In this document: piece by piece, positions 9,765-17,333 of the stretch
Position numbering within the stretch: the stretch's first letter is position 1
Layout: each line of letters begins with the position of its first letter
Virus record (IMG/VR): IMGVR_UViG_3300005329_000001
DNA: 64,000 nt
Origin: a virus
Taxonomy: Duplodnaviria > Heunggongvirae > Uroviricota > Caudoviricetes
Direction: 5' to 3' (one strand)
The notes under the pieces: generated by a model
Told to the model about the DNA's origin: nothing
The model's input: the letters and a program-made list of their open reading frames with translations, nothing else
Database searches by the model: none
Program-made: the position numbers and the translations under genes

Positions 9765-10961
9765 CTACGAAGGGTACGGGAGGCCGATCTCCTTGAACGT
9801 CGCCTCGGTCCCGAGTTGCTGGGGCTGCTGGGGCAACTGCTTCTCGTAGTACGGGCGGATCATGCACGACACCGCCGCGTCCGTGCCCTTGCTCAGATGG
9901 AGAACCTGGCCCACCATCGAGAGAAGGCCCTCGAGCTGTCGGCTCTGGGCGGCGACCAGGCCCTTCAGCTCGTTGATCTGAGCCTGGAGAGCCGCGGTGT
10001 CACCACCACCCTGCTGCTGTTGCGGCTGACCCATGGCCGGAGGCCCGAAGCCAGCCATCGCCGGCGGGGCGCCGAACCCCTGCGGCTGCTGAGCGTTGCC
10101 GAGGGGCAGCGCCTGCTGTCCGGGGAGCACGCCCGGCTGCGGCGGAGCGCCTTCCGCCGCCTTGCCGCGACCACGGCGATTGCTCGGAGCCTGCGCCGGC
10201 GGGGCCGGAGGCTGGCCGGGAGGGGCCATCTGCGGCTGCTGGGGCGGAGCACCCATCGGAGGAGGCGCCATGGTCGGGGGCGCGCCCATCGCCGGCGGAG
10301 GAGCACCCATGGACGGCGGGGCCATCTGCGGGGGCGGGATCGGCGGGGGAGCGCCCTGCGGCGGGAACGAGGGCTGTTGGGGCTGCTGGTACTGCTGAGG
10401 CGGCGGCTGCATCGGGGGCGGCCCGAACCCCTGCTGGGGCGGGGCAAAGCCCTGCTGAGGAGGAGCGTAGCCCTGCGGCGGCTGCTGCGGGGCGTACCCG
10501 GGCGGCTGGGGCGGCGGACCGAACCCGGCCGGAGGCGGAGGCGGGTTGTAGCCGGGAGCGCCGGGGGGCTGACCGTTCGGGGGACCCATCTGCTGGAAAT
10601 CGGCCATGATGATTCCTTCTCCTTCTTTGGGTTGCAGTGCTCGGCCGTCTTGGACGAACACAGCGAGCCTTTGGATGAACGAGTTGAAGTACGAGTCGTC
10701 GGTGTCGAGCTCCGGCTGGATCCCTAGCAGGTCGCCGGCAATCTGCTTCTTGCGGATCAGCTCGTCCAAGATCCAGTGCGTGACGGTGATGGGCTTCATC
10801 ATCCACACGAACTGGTAGTCCAGACCAAGCTGCCCCCACGCGAATCGACGTTGCACGTGTGACGTCTTACAAACGTCGCGCACGTGCTTCTCTGCTTCGA
10901 TTCGGGTGAGCAAGGATCCGTCCGGCTTCGTGAGCTCGAGAGTGGGTAGTCCGTGATGCAT
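9765..10961 (-). CDS. Pro/Gln/Gly-rich low-complexity protein with small folded N-terminal domain and C-terminal coiled coil; probable internal start at 10607
   Basis: SD GAAGGGGAG before the ATG at 10961. About 200 aa of PPQ/GAPP repeats. A second strong SD (AAGGAGAAGGA) precedes the in-frame ATG at 10607. Confidence 0.75.
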   Translation of the reverse strand: MHHGLPTLELTKPDGSLLTRIEAEKHVRDVCKTSHVQRRFAWGQLGLDYQFVWMMKPITVTHWILDELIRKKQIAGDLLGIQPELDTDDSYFNSFIQRLAVFVQDGRALQPKEGEGIIMADFQQMGPPNGQPPGAPGYNPPPPPAGFGPPPQPPGYAPQQPPQGYAPPQQGFAPPQQGFGPPPMQPPPQQYQQPQQPSFPPQGAPPPIPPPQMAPPSMGAPPPAMGAPPTMAPPPMGAPPQQPQMAPPGQPPAPPAQAPSNRRGRGKAAEGAPPQPGVLPGQQALPLGNAQQPQGFGAPPAMAGFGPPAMGQPQQQQGGGDTAALQAQINELKGLVAAQSRQLEGLLSMVGQVLHLSKGTDAAVSCMIRPYYEKQLPQQPQQLGTEATFKEIGLPYPS

Positions 10962-11174
10962 CTACTCCCCCTTCGTGTCGAGATCCGGCGGCCTGTTCAC
11001 AAGAACACGCGCACCGGCGGAGCCGAACTTATACAAGATCTGCTGTCTCGCTGCCACTGCTGCTTCGTGGGCCTCCTTCCAGTCCCCACACATGTAATTG
11101 GTCATGAGCTTCTGCTCGTCGACCTTGGTGCAGTCGCCGAGCTGCTTGCAGTTGACACACGCCGGCTGAATCAT
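10962..11174 (-). CDS. Small Cys-containing hypothetical protein
   Basis: MIQPACVNCKQLGDC...; ATGA overlap with the upstream gene. Confidence 0.6.
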   Translation of the reverse strand: MIQPACVNCKQLGDCTKVDEQKLMTNYMCGDWKEAHEAAVAARQQILYKFGSAGARVLVNRPPDLDTKGE

Positions 11175-11515
11175 TTCAGCGCGAAGTGCGGCTTGGCGTT
11201 CATGTAGCAAGTGAGGTGTCTCCCCTCGGGGCATGCGTAGACCGTGCAGTGCCCCTTCTGCGGACCGCTGCAGGGAAGCTGGGAGTTCACCATCATCCAG
11301 TTCTTGAGAATCCAATCCTGAAGCTCCGCTCTCGACTCCATGTACAGAAAGCTGTCATCAGGAGGATTGCCAGTCTCTATGAAGTAGATGACGGTCTCCC
11401 GTGGCACGGACCGCTTGAGGCGCATTGGACGACTCCAAGCCGAAGAGAGCTCGAGACGGGCAAGCTCCCAGAGTTCGGTGTCGTTCAGGTCCTGCAGATC
11501 TATCTGTCCTTCCAT
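11171..11515 (-). CDS. Hypothetical protein with C-terminal Cys cluster
   Basis: SD GGAGGAAG before ATG 11515. C-terminus LPCSG...HCTVYACPEGRHLTCY. Confidence 0.65.
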   Translation of the reverse strand: MEGQIDLQDLNDTELWELARLELSSAWSRPMRLKRSVPRETVIYFIETGNPPDDSFLYMESRAELQDWILKNWMMVNSQLPCSGPQKGHCTVYACPEGRHLTCYMNAKPHFALK

Positions 11516-11919
11516 TTCTCTTCCTCCCACCAGCCCGGTTCGGTCCTGGGAGTTTTCTGGATGTTCCTGTTGGGGCAACTGCTGCAGTACTCGTACGGGG
11601 AAACGAGTAGGCACTGCTCCCGTCGAACCATCTCGTATTGCGGGATCTTCTTGTCGATTCTGTCGCTTATCGACTTCCAGCGGGGGCAGGCAACCATCTG
11701 CCCGCCGATGTTGTTCTGGAACTTCACGGTGAAGTTTCCGTGCTCGCAGCTTTCACAGGCAGGTAGCGGGCGCCCTAAACAAACAGCCCGAACCTGCTGA
11801 TGAACCTCCGTGCCGGATTTGGGAGCATCGCCATCGCACAGTACTAGGAGTCCGCGAGATCCTCGCTCGACGTCCCCGAAGACACGCTTGTACTCTTTAT
11901 GGTCGTGCCCGTGGGACAT
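11500..11919 (-). CDS. Cys-rich hypothetical protein
   Basis: SD AGGAGG before ATG 11919. Motifs CESC, CPRW and YCSSCP. Confidence 0.65.
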   Translation of the reverse strand: MSHGHDHKEYKRVFGDVERGSRGLLVLCDGDAPKSGTEVHQQVRAVCLGRPLPACESCEHGNFTVKFQNNIGGQMVACPRWKSISDRIDKKIPQYEMVRREQCLLVSPYEYCSSCPNRNIQKTPRTEPGWWEEEKWKDR

Positions 11920-11929
11920 CGAGCACCTC

Positions 11930-12442
11930 CTAGACGCCAAATGTTGCGGGATGAGCCTTCTTCAGACGGATGCAGATCCCGCTGTGGCCTCCAACAAGAT
12001 CGGCGCTGCACTTATCGTGGATCTCACGAAAGTTCAGCGAGTCGTCGAGGGCCAGGGCTTTGAATACTGCGTCCGTCACCAGCTTGATACGGTTTTGTAC
12101 ATCCATCTTCTTGTACCGTGTTTTCGCTGGGTTCTTGACGGCCTTGCCGAACGTGGTGTTTAGGAGATCTTCGTTGTCGAAGAAGAACGTCATCCACATC
12201 TCGAGGATCGAGTTCGGGTCGTTGTCGATCGTCTTGCAGAAGGACTGAATCTGCATCATGTACGGTGCTGCCACCTGCTGCGTGAAGCGATTCTTCCAAG
12301 CCTCGGCGTCTTTGCTCAGAAACCTGCCCCGACCGCCTCTGCCGTTGACGTAGATGTGGTTCGAGCTCGGCGGCAGGAAAGGGATGACGATCTGCAGCCC
12401 GTCAGGTGGCGTGTACTCTGGAGGCGTCGGTAGAGTGAGCAT
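11930..12442 (-). CDS. rusA: RusA-family Holliday junction resolvase
   Basis: PFLPPSSNHIY...GRFLSKDAEAWK and DVQNRIKLVTDAVFKALALDDS, matching the RusA D-x-x-N-x-x-K-x-x-x-D...DD signature. Confidence 0.8.
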   Translation of the reverse strand: MLTLPTPPEYTPPDGLQIVIPFLPPSSNHIYVNGRGGRGRFLSKDAEAWKNRFTQQVAAPYMMQIQSFCKTIDNDPNSILEMWMTFFFDNEDLLNTTFGKAVKNPAKTRYKKMDVQNRIKLVTDAVFKALALDDSLNFREIHDKCSADLVGGHSGICIRLKKAHPATFGV

Positions 12443-13224
12443 CAGGGCATGTTCCCGGCAAACCCGACGGCCCAGTCCTCGAGCATCTTGTTGACGATGT
12501 CCAAGCCCTCGGGGAAGTTGAAGACCTTGCTGAAGCGAGAGTCGGGGATACCTCGCTGCTCCTGCTCACTGCGGTGCCCTTGCAGCCCGACATTGGAGTT
12601 GTCCTGCTTCACTCGAGAGAGTCGTCTCGTCCTGAGTGAGTAGCCTCCGCGGGCCTCCGACTTGTCGAGCTCGTTGATGAAGCGCTGGTCGGGAATGACG
12701 ATGCCATTCTTCGGCGTCCCAGGCTCGATGTTGGTTCGAACTCCAAGATCGGCTTCGTACACGTATCCCTGGGCGAGAAGAGGGAGCTGGACGTCGAACA
12801 AATAGTCCACCCACATGTCCGGGTAGACCTCTCGTCCCCACTCCGTGCCGAGCGTCTGTAGGATGATGCGAGCGGAGATCTTCTCCGGGTACTGCTTCTG
12901 AAGCTGGGTGAACCATCGATGCAGCCCGTCGAACGCTCTGGCGCGAACGTCCGGGCCCAGGCTCTCGGGAACCACTCGAGCGGTGAACTGATGCAGGATG
13001 TGCATCTGCGCCCAGGCCGTGGCCCAAAGTGGCACCGCGTCGAGCGTCTCCTCCCTCTTGCTCGATGGCCCCCAGAGGTTGTCGAAGGGCACGCCGAAGA
13101 GCTGGCGGACGAAGCGCTTCATTGGATCGGCGAAGGCGATCTTCACGAGACCAAGTCGCTGGGCGCACCAGTCGGCGACGTAGTCCTTTCCGTTGTCAGC
13201 TTCGCCGTTGACGGTCAAGAGCAT
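12442..13224 (-). CDS. Deoxynucleoside monophosphate kinase
   Basis: GEADNGKD P-loop, KIAFADPMK, RIILQTLGTEWGR and VIPDQRFINE, typical of phage dNMP kinases. Confidence 0.85.
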   Translation of the reverse strand: MLLTVNGEADNGKDYVADWCAQRLGLVKIAFADPMKRFVRQLFGVPFDNLWGPSSKREETLDAVPLWATAWAQMHILHQFTARVVPESLGPDVRARAFDGLHRWFTQLQKQYPEKISARIILQTLGTEWGREVYPDMWVDYLFDVQLPLLAQGYVYEADLGVRTNIEPGTPKNGIVIPDQRFINELDKSEARGGYSLRTRRLSRVKQDNSNVGLQGHRSEQEQRGIPDSRFSKVFNFPEGLDIVNKMLEDWAVGFAGNMP

Positions 13225-13233
13225 GGTCTTCTC

Positions 13234-13836
13234 CTAGGGGCGATGAAAGAGCGGGCCACTGACGTTGCCCACAGTAGTCTGGCGCTTCTGCCGCTCGATG
13301 TCTTGCTGACGCTGGCTGATGCGGCGAGAGACGGCCGAGTAGCTCTGTTCCGCTGTCTCGGCGATTGCTTTCACGTGGCGATAGTACGTCTCGTGATAGA
13401 TGGCCTCTGCCTGCGCTTCGACGTAGCGCCGGTCGATGAGCACCATCGCCTTTCGCTCCGGCTCCGGTCTCTTCTTCTCACCATCCTTCTTGTGAATCAT
13501 GAGGAGGTGCGCGTTGACGAACTCGAGCTTCTCGTTCGCGATCCGCATCGAAGAGTGTGCCTCAGCGAGCTGCTGCTGGACGTAGTCCATCCAGCCAGAG
13601 AGCAAACCGAGATAGTAGCCGAGCCAATCGTCATTGAGGGCCGTCAGGTCAGTTGGGATCCTGCCATTGAACGGCACCGTCTGACCAGTGGCTTGGTCTT
13701 GGACTTGGGGTGGGTTCGGGGCGCCACCAAAGCCCTTCTGCAGCAGCATGGTCTGGACCTTCATGGGCACCGCGTTGAACATCCTCGACGCCTCCTCGAA
13801 GGAGATGTCGGTTTGGAGATTCTGAAATCCTTGCAC
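13234..13836 (-). CDS. Helical protein, possibly a UvsY-like recombination mediator
   Basis: Long amphipathic helices (ERKAMVLIDRRYVEAQAEAIYHETYYRHVKAIAE...SAVSRRIS) loosely resemble UvsY. Lies in the recombination cluster. Confidence 0.4.
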   Translation of the reverse strand: MQGFQNLQTDISFEEASRMFNAVPMKVQTMLLQKGFGGAPNPPQVQDQATGQTVPFNGRIPTDLTALNDDWLGYYLGLLSGWMDYVQQQLAEAHSSMRIANEKLEFVNAHLLMIHKKDGEKKRPEPERKAMVLIDRRYVEAQAEAIYHETYYRHVKAIAETAEQSYSAVSRRISQRQQDIERQKRQTTVGNVSGPLFHRP

Positions 13837-13837
13837 G

Positions 13838-14737
13838 TTATCTCCTCAGGTTGGGGCCGCAGAGCTTGAGGTAGCCGCACTCCCTGCACTCGCTCGTGTT
13901 GTTCACTGCCGAGGTGATCTCCCAAGGAGGGAGCTGGTCGTTCTCGATGTAGTACTTCACCGTCTGCAGTTTCTGCTCGATCTGCTGCCAGAGGGCGAAG
14001 TCGAAGGGAACGGGGTAGTCGATCTGAGCGCAGGTGTCTTTGTTCAGGTAGAGATAGACGACGAGCGGGACGTCGAAGACGGCCGCATAAATCATCGCCT
14101 GCCACTTGTGCTCCGGCTTCGGCCTCTTCAGGTTCGTGTAGCCGTTGGAGTTGATGGTCTTGTACTCGTGGACCATTCGCACCGCAACATCACCAAGCGT
14201 AGGAACAGCCGGGATGACGTAGCGGTCGATGATGGCGTCAGCCGAGCCCCGAATCCAGAGATTGTTGGCGACTGGGAGGATCGGCCGACCTTGTTCGTCG
14301 AGCGCGTCGGGATCGATGGGCACTTCATCATGGTAGTGCTCTCTCGGCCCCCAGGCCCCGGACTTGCCGTAACTCTGGATGGTGTGGTGCCAGGCGTGCC
14401 CGAGATCGAAGATGCGGCGAACGCGCGGGTCGACGTTGTCCTCCGCATAGGGCGCATAGCCGGCGCAGTCGAACCAGAGCTTCTTGATGCACTTGTTCAC
14501 CTGCGACGGGTGAATGTCGGAATCGTTGCGAGGCGTGTGGAGAACCCAGCCGGGATACTCGCCGTCGCTGCAGCCTTTGCACTGCTTCCACTCCGGTTGG
14601 ATGAGCGTTGGCCTCTTCGTGTTGAGGCTGTCGAGCCAGCGGTCGAGCCGATCTCTGACTCGCAGGGCCTTCAAGATCTCCTCCCGCTGCTGCACGGGGA
14701 GAGACATGAAGTCCCTGATGGTCATGATCTCAAGCAT
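13838..14737 (-). CDS. Cas4-like PD-(D/E)XK exonuclease with Fe-S Cys ligands
   Basis: HPSQVNKCIKKLWF, GHAWH, GSADA, EYKT, QAMIY and C-terminal CRECGYLKLC. Confidence 0.8.
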   Translation of the reverse strand: MLEIMTIRDFMSLPVQQREEILKALRVRDRLDRWLDSLNTKRPTLIQPEWKQCKGCSDGEYPGWVLHTPRNDSDIHPSQVNKCIKKLWFDCAGYAPYAEDNVDPRVRRIFDLGHAWHHTIQSYGKSGAWGPREHYHDEVPIDPDALDEQGRPILPVANNLWIRGSADAIIDRYVIPAVPTLGDVAVRMVHEYKTINSNGYTNLKRPKPEHKWQAMIYAAVFDVPLVVYLYLNKDTCAQIDYPVPFDFALWQQIEQKLQTVKYYIENDQLPPWEITSAVNNTSECRECGYLKLCGPNLRR

Positions 14738-15254
14738 TGGCCCCCTCCAACGTCTTCAGGTAGTCCTTCCAGTAATGCAGACAAAACCACCTATGGTGCG
14801 TTGAGCCGTCGATCTGTCGTTTGGAGAAGACGATGTATATGTTCTTCTTCATGAGCTTGAGGATCGTGCGGTCTCGGTCGATGGTTGTCCGAGCCGAAAA
14901 TGTCTGTAGATCGGCGGCTTGTTGGAACGTGAGCTGCGTCTTAGTGTCGGCCATTGGATAGATGGCAAACTCAGCGACTGGGCGATTGGCGCGATCGACG
15001 AAGCAGAGCTGGAGGACTGCATTGTCCAGCCCTGCCTCGCCGATGATCTTGTCCAGGTCCGATAGCTTGAGGATGTACGAGCTCTTGGCGGTGTACTTCG
15101 CCTCGGCTCGCACCACGCCAAACTTCCGCACGTCGCCCTTCGCCCCAGGGAGAGCGCCGGATGCTGGCTGAGCTCGACCACCGAGATCTTCGGCCATCCT
15201 CTCTTCTTGCTTCCTGCTGACTCTCTTCTGTCGCTTCGACGTGCGGGCGTCCAT
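14730..15254 (-). CDS. Hjc-like PD-(D/E)XK Holliday junction resolvase / nuclease
   Basis: QEERMAEDLGGRAQPASGA...GDVR...AEAKYT motif. Start moved to ATG 15254. Confidence 0.65.
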   Translation of the reverse strand: MDARTSKRQKRVSRKQEERMAEDLGGRAQPASGALPGAKGDVRKFGVVRAEAKYTAKSSYILKLSDLDKIIGEAGLDNAVLQLCFVDRANRPVAEFAIYPMADTKTQLTFQQAADLQTFSARTTIDRDRTILKLMKKNIYIVFSKRQIDGSTHHRWFCLHYWKDYLKTLEGANA

Positions 15255-15421
15255 CAATGCACCTTCACTATGTAGCCGGACTCTTTGAGGATGATGAACA
15301 TGTTCCCCACGAAGAGTGCGCAGCAGATGAACTTCATGCTGATGTTCAAGAGCGTATCCGCCTTGAAGAACAGGCCCATGAAGAGAAAGAAGAGCGCGTT
15401 CAGACAAAGCACTAGTGCCAT
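15254..15421 (-). CDS. 55-aa two-helix membrane protein (not in ORF track)
   Basis: Manual translation MALVLCLNALFFLFMGLFFKADTLLNISMKFICCALFVGNMFIILKESGYIVKVH. It fills the gap exactly, with start/stop overlaps at both ends. Confidence 0.6.
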   Translation of the reverse strand: MALVLCLNALFFLFMGLFFKADTLLNISMKFICCALFVGNMFIILKESGYIVKVH

Positions 15422-15642
15422 CATCCCTTTTCCATCCGCGTCATGATTTGGCTATTCGAGAGGCAGAAGGCTTCGACGTACTTGTTGAGGTACTCGTTCG
15501 CCTGCGCCTCGGAGTCGAATGGCCCGTGCTCGTATGCCCAAGTCTCGTCGAAGAACCACCACGTGCCGTCCTCATGCTTGTGGACGGGATCCTTTGGATC
15601 GCTGTGGTCCTTCTGCCAAGTGGTGTCTTCGCAGAACGACAT
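15421..15642 (-). CDS. Hypothetical protein
   Basis: SD AGGAGGAAG; aromatic-rich (WWFFDETWAYEHGPF). Confidence 0.65.
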   Translation of the reverse strand: MSFCEDTTWQKDHSDPKDPVHKHEDGTWWFFDETWAYEHGPFDSEAQANEYLNKYVEAFCLSNSQIMTRMEKG

Positions 15643-15650
15643 GCTTCCTC

Positions 15651-16937
15651 CTAGAACGTCTCCTTCGTGATGAAATTGAGACCGACCTTGGCGAAGATCG
15701 CCTGCCGGACCGCCTCCAACAGCGTCGGATTGGTCATGAACGCAGCGGCTGCGTTGTCTTGGCCATTGCAGATGGCGGTACCTTGGAAGCCGTACCAGGC
15801 ACCGCTAGCCTCGATGACCCCCGTCTTGACGCCGCACATCAGGAGGTTGTGGTAGACGTCTGCGCCGAAGCCGTAGCCATTCTCGCCGTAGTAGAAGCGG
15901 TACTCGCCCTCTCCTCCGTCGTGGCAGCCAGCCTTGCCCTTGAGGACGCTCCAGTTGATGACCTTGCCGTGGATGATCTCGTTGGGGTACTTCCCCTCCT
16001 TGATCTTCGCCCCCTTCTTCAGGAGCACGTCGACCAGCTTGCCGTGTTTGAGGGCGCGACCACCGGCGATTTGAAGAGGGTTGGCGTACGGACCTGAAGC
16101 CTTGAGGTTCTCGCGATACTGGTTGATGCCGAGAACAGTCGTGGTGTTCGGGCGCCCATACTGGTCAGGCAGGTTGAGAGCGGCGTGGAGTCGATGCATG
16201 AACGACGTGATGACGCCCGACGCACCGCCGTAGTGCCGATCTTCGAGACCACCCTCGGCCTCTGCCTCGGCTGCCGTGAGAAGCGCACCGAAAGAGTCGA
16301 TGAGGACAATCTGGAAGAGGTTCGATTCCACCTGCTGGACGGCTGCCTCCAAGAGCTGCTCTGCCGTCTGAAAGATGGATTCCTGGAAGTGGCCCTTCTG
16401 GAACCGGAGCCAGTCCAGGGTTTGCTGGTCGAGCGGAGGTAGCCCGTGTCGAGCGCGAGACTGCTCGATGATGTCGATCTCCATCTTCGACATCGCGATG
16501 TGCATGCCGCACTTCCACTTCGCGAAGGCCTTGTCGTACTTCTGCTCGGTCATGCAGACGGAGATTGCGGCATCGTCTCCGTAGGTGTTCTGCGCTTCAG
16601 CTATGGTCCTATTCGCCAGGTAGGACTTTCCCGAGTTGTCCTCACCGATGATTTGAGATAGACCGCCGGCGGGCCAACCCCCACCGATGGAGATGTCCAG
16701 GTCGATGATGCCAGTGGGGCGGCGCAGGCCAAAGACGTTGGAGATCTCGTCGCCGCAGAGAACGGCACCCTTCCCCTCGAAGGCCTTGTTGAGGGTCGCC
16801 TGCAAGAGAAGGATGCGCTCCTTGCGGGATAGCGGCACATTCTTCGGAGCCTTCGGCTTGAGCGGAGCTTTGGCTCTCGCCTCCTCCTTCTCTTCCTTCT
16901 TCTCCTTCTTGGCTTTCTCTTTGGCTGCGGACGCCAT
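15651..16937 (-). CDS. recA: RecA/UvsX-family recombinase
   Basis: TGIIDLDISIGGGWPAGG...GEDNSGKS Walker A, VLIDSFGAL Walker B, INQYRE, GGRALKH and GAWY. Start moved to ATG 16937 (TAATG coupling). Confidence 0.92.
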   Translation of the reverse strand: MASAAKEKAKKEKKEEKEEARAKAPLKPKAPKNVPLSRKERILLLQATLNKAFEGKGAVLCGDEISNVFGLRRPTGIIDLDISIGGGWPAGGLSQIIGEDNSGKSYLANRTIAEAQNTYGDDAAISVCMTEQKYDKAFAKWKCGMHIAMSKMEIDIIEQSRARHGLPPLDQQTLDWLRFQKGHFQESIFQTAEQLLEAAVQQVESNLFQIVLIDSFGALLTAAEAEAEGGLEDRHYGGASGVITSFMHRLHAALNLPDQYGRPNTTTVLGINQYRENLKASGPYANPLQIAGGRALKHGKLVDVLLKKGAKIKEGKYPNEIIHGKVINWSVLKGKAGCHDGGEGEYRFYYGENGYGFGADVYHNLLMCGVKTGVIEASGAWYGFQGTAICNGQDNAAAAFMTNPTLLEAVRQAIFAKVGLNFITKETF

Positions 16938-17101
16938 TACGCCACCTGGTCTCCGCCCTCGAATGGGGCGGTGCCGTGAGTTGGGCACTTCGGGGTGGGA
17001 GAGTTGGGATCGAGATCGGCGCCGCAGATGGGGCACTTGCTCCCTTCCGCTGCCGTCTTCTCTCCGTCGTTCTTGCTAGTATCGACGCCGTACTTGTCCA
17101 T
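16937..17101 (-). CDS. 54-aa Zn-ribbon protein (not in ORF track)
   Basis: MDKYGVDTSKNDGEKTAAEGSKCPICGADLDPNSPTPKCPTHGTAPFEGGDQVA, with CxxC...CxxH. SD AAGGAGG. Confidence 0.7.
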   Translation of the reverse strand: MDKYGVDTSKNDGEKTAAEGSKCPICGADLDPNSPTPKCPTHGTAPFEGGDQVA

Positions 17102-17112
17102 TCTATCCTCCT

Positions 17113-17325
17113 TCAGTCGGCCGGACTCGACTTCGCTTCCACGGTGACGGTGAGGAAGTCCGAGATCTTCACGTCTTTCAAGAGCCGCACTTCGCAGTGA
17201 AGCTTCAGCTCACCCTCGATGAGCCTTCCGGCAGCATCGCGCCCTTCGACTTCGAGGGTGATGGCAGTCTTGCCACCCTTGCTGTTCTCCAGGGCCGTGA
17301 GCCGGCCCGTCATCTCGCACTTCAT
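17113..17325 (-). CDS. Small beta-rich hypothetical protein
   Basis: SD AGGAG; packed tightly between polA and the Zn-ribbon gene. Confidence 0.6.
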   Translation of the reverse strand: MKCEMTGRLTALENSKGGKTAITLEVEGRDAAGRLIEGELKLHCEVRLLKDVKISDFLTVTVEAKSSPAD

Positions 17326-17333
17326 GTCGTCTC

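Noticed and set aside
9990-10610. GC-rich quasi-repeats (also 19860-20150 and 62680-62800) as DNA tandem repeats or arrays
   Set aside because: They are the codon-level result of P/Q/G/A low-complexity protein tracts, with no fixed unit or spacer.
13838-14737. Cas4-like gene as part of a CRISPR-Cas system
   Set aside because: No repeat-spacer array and no other cas gene seen; solo Cas4-like nucleases are common in phage replication modules.
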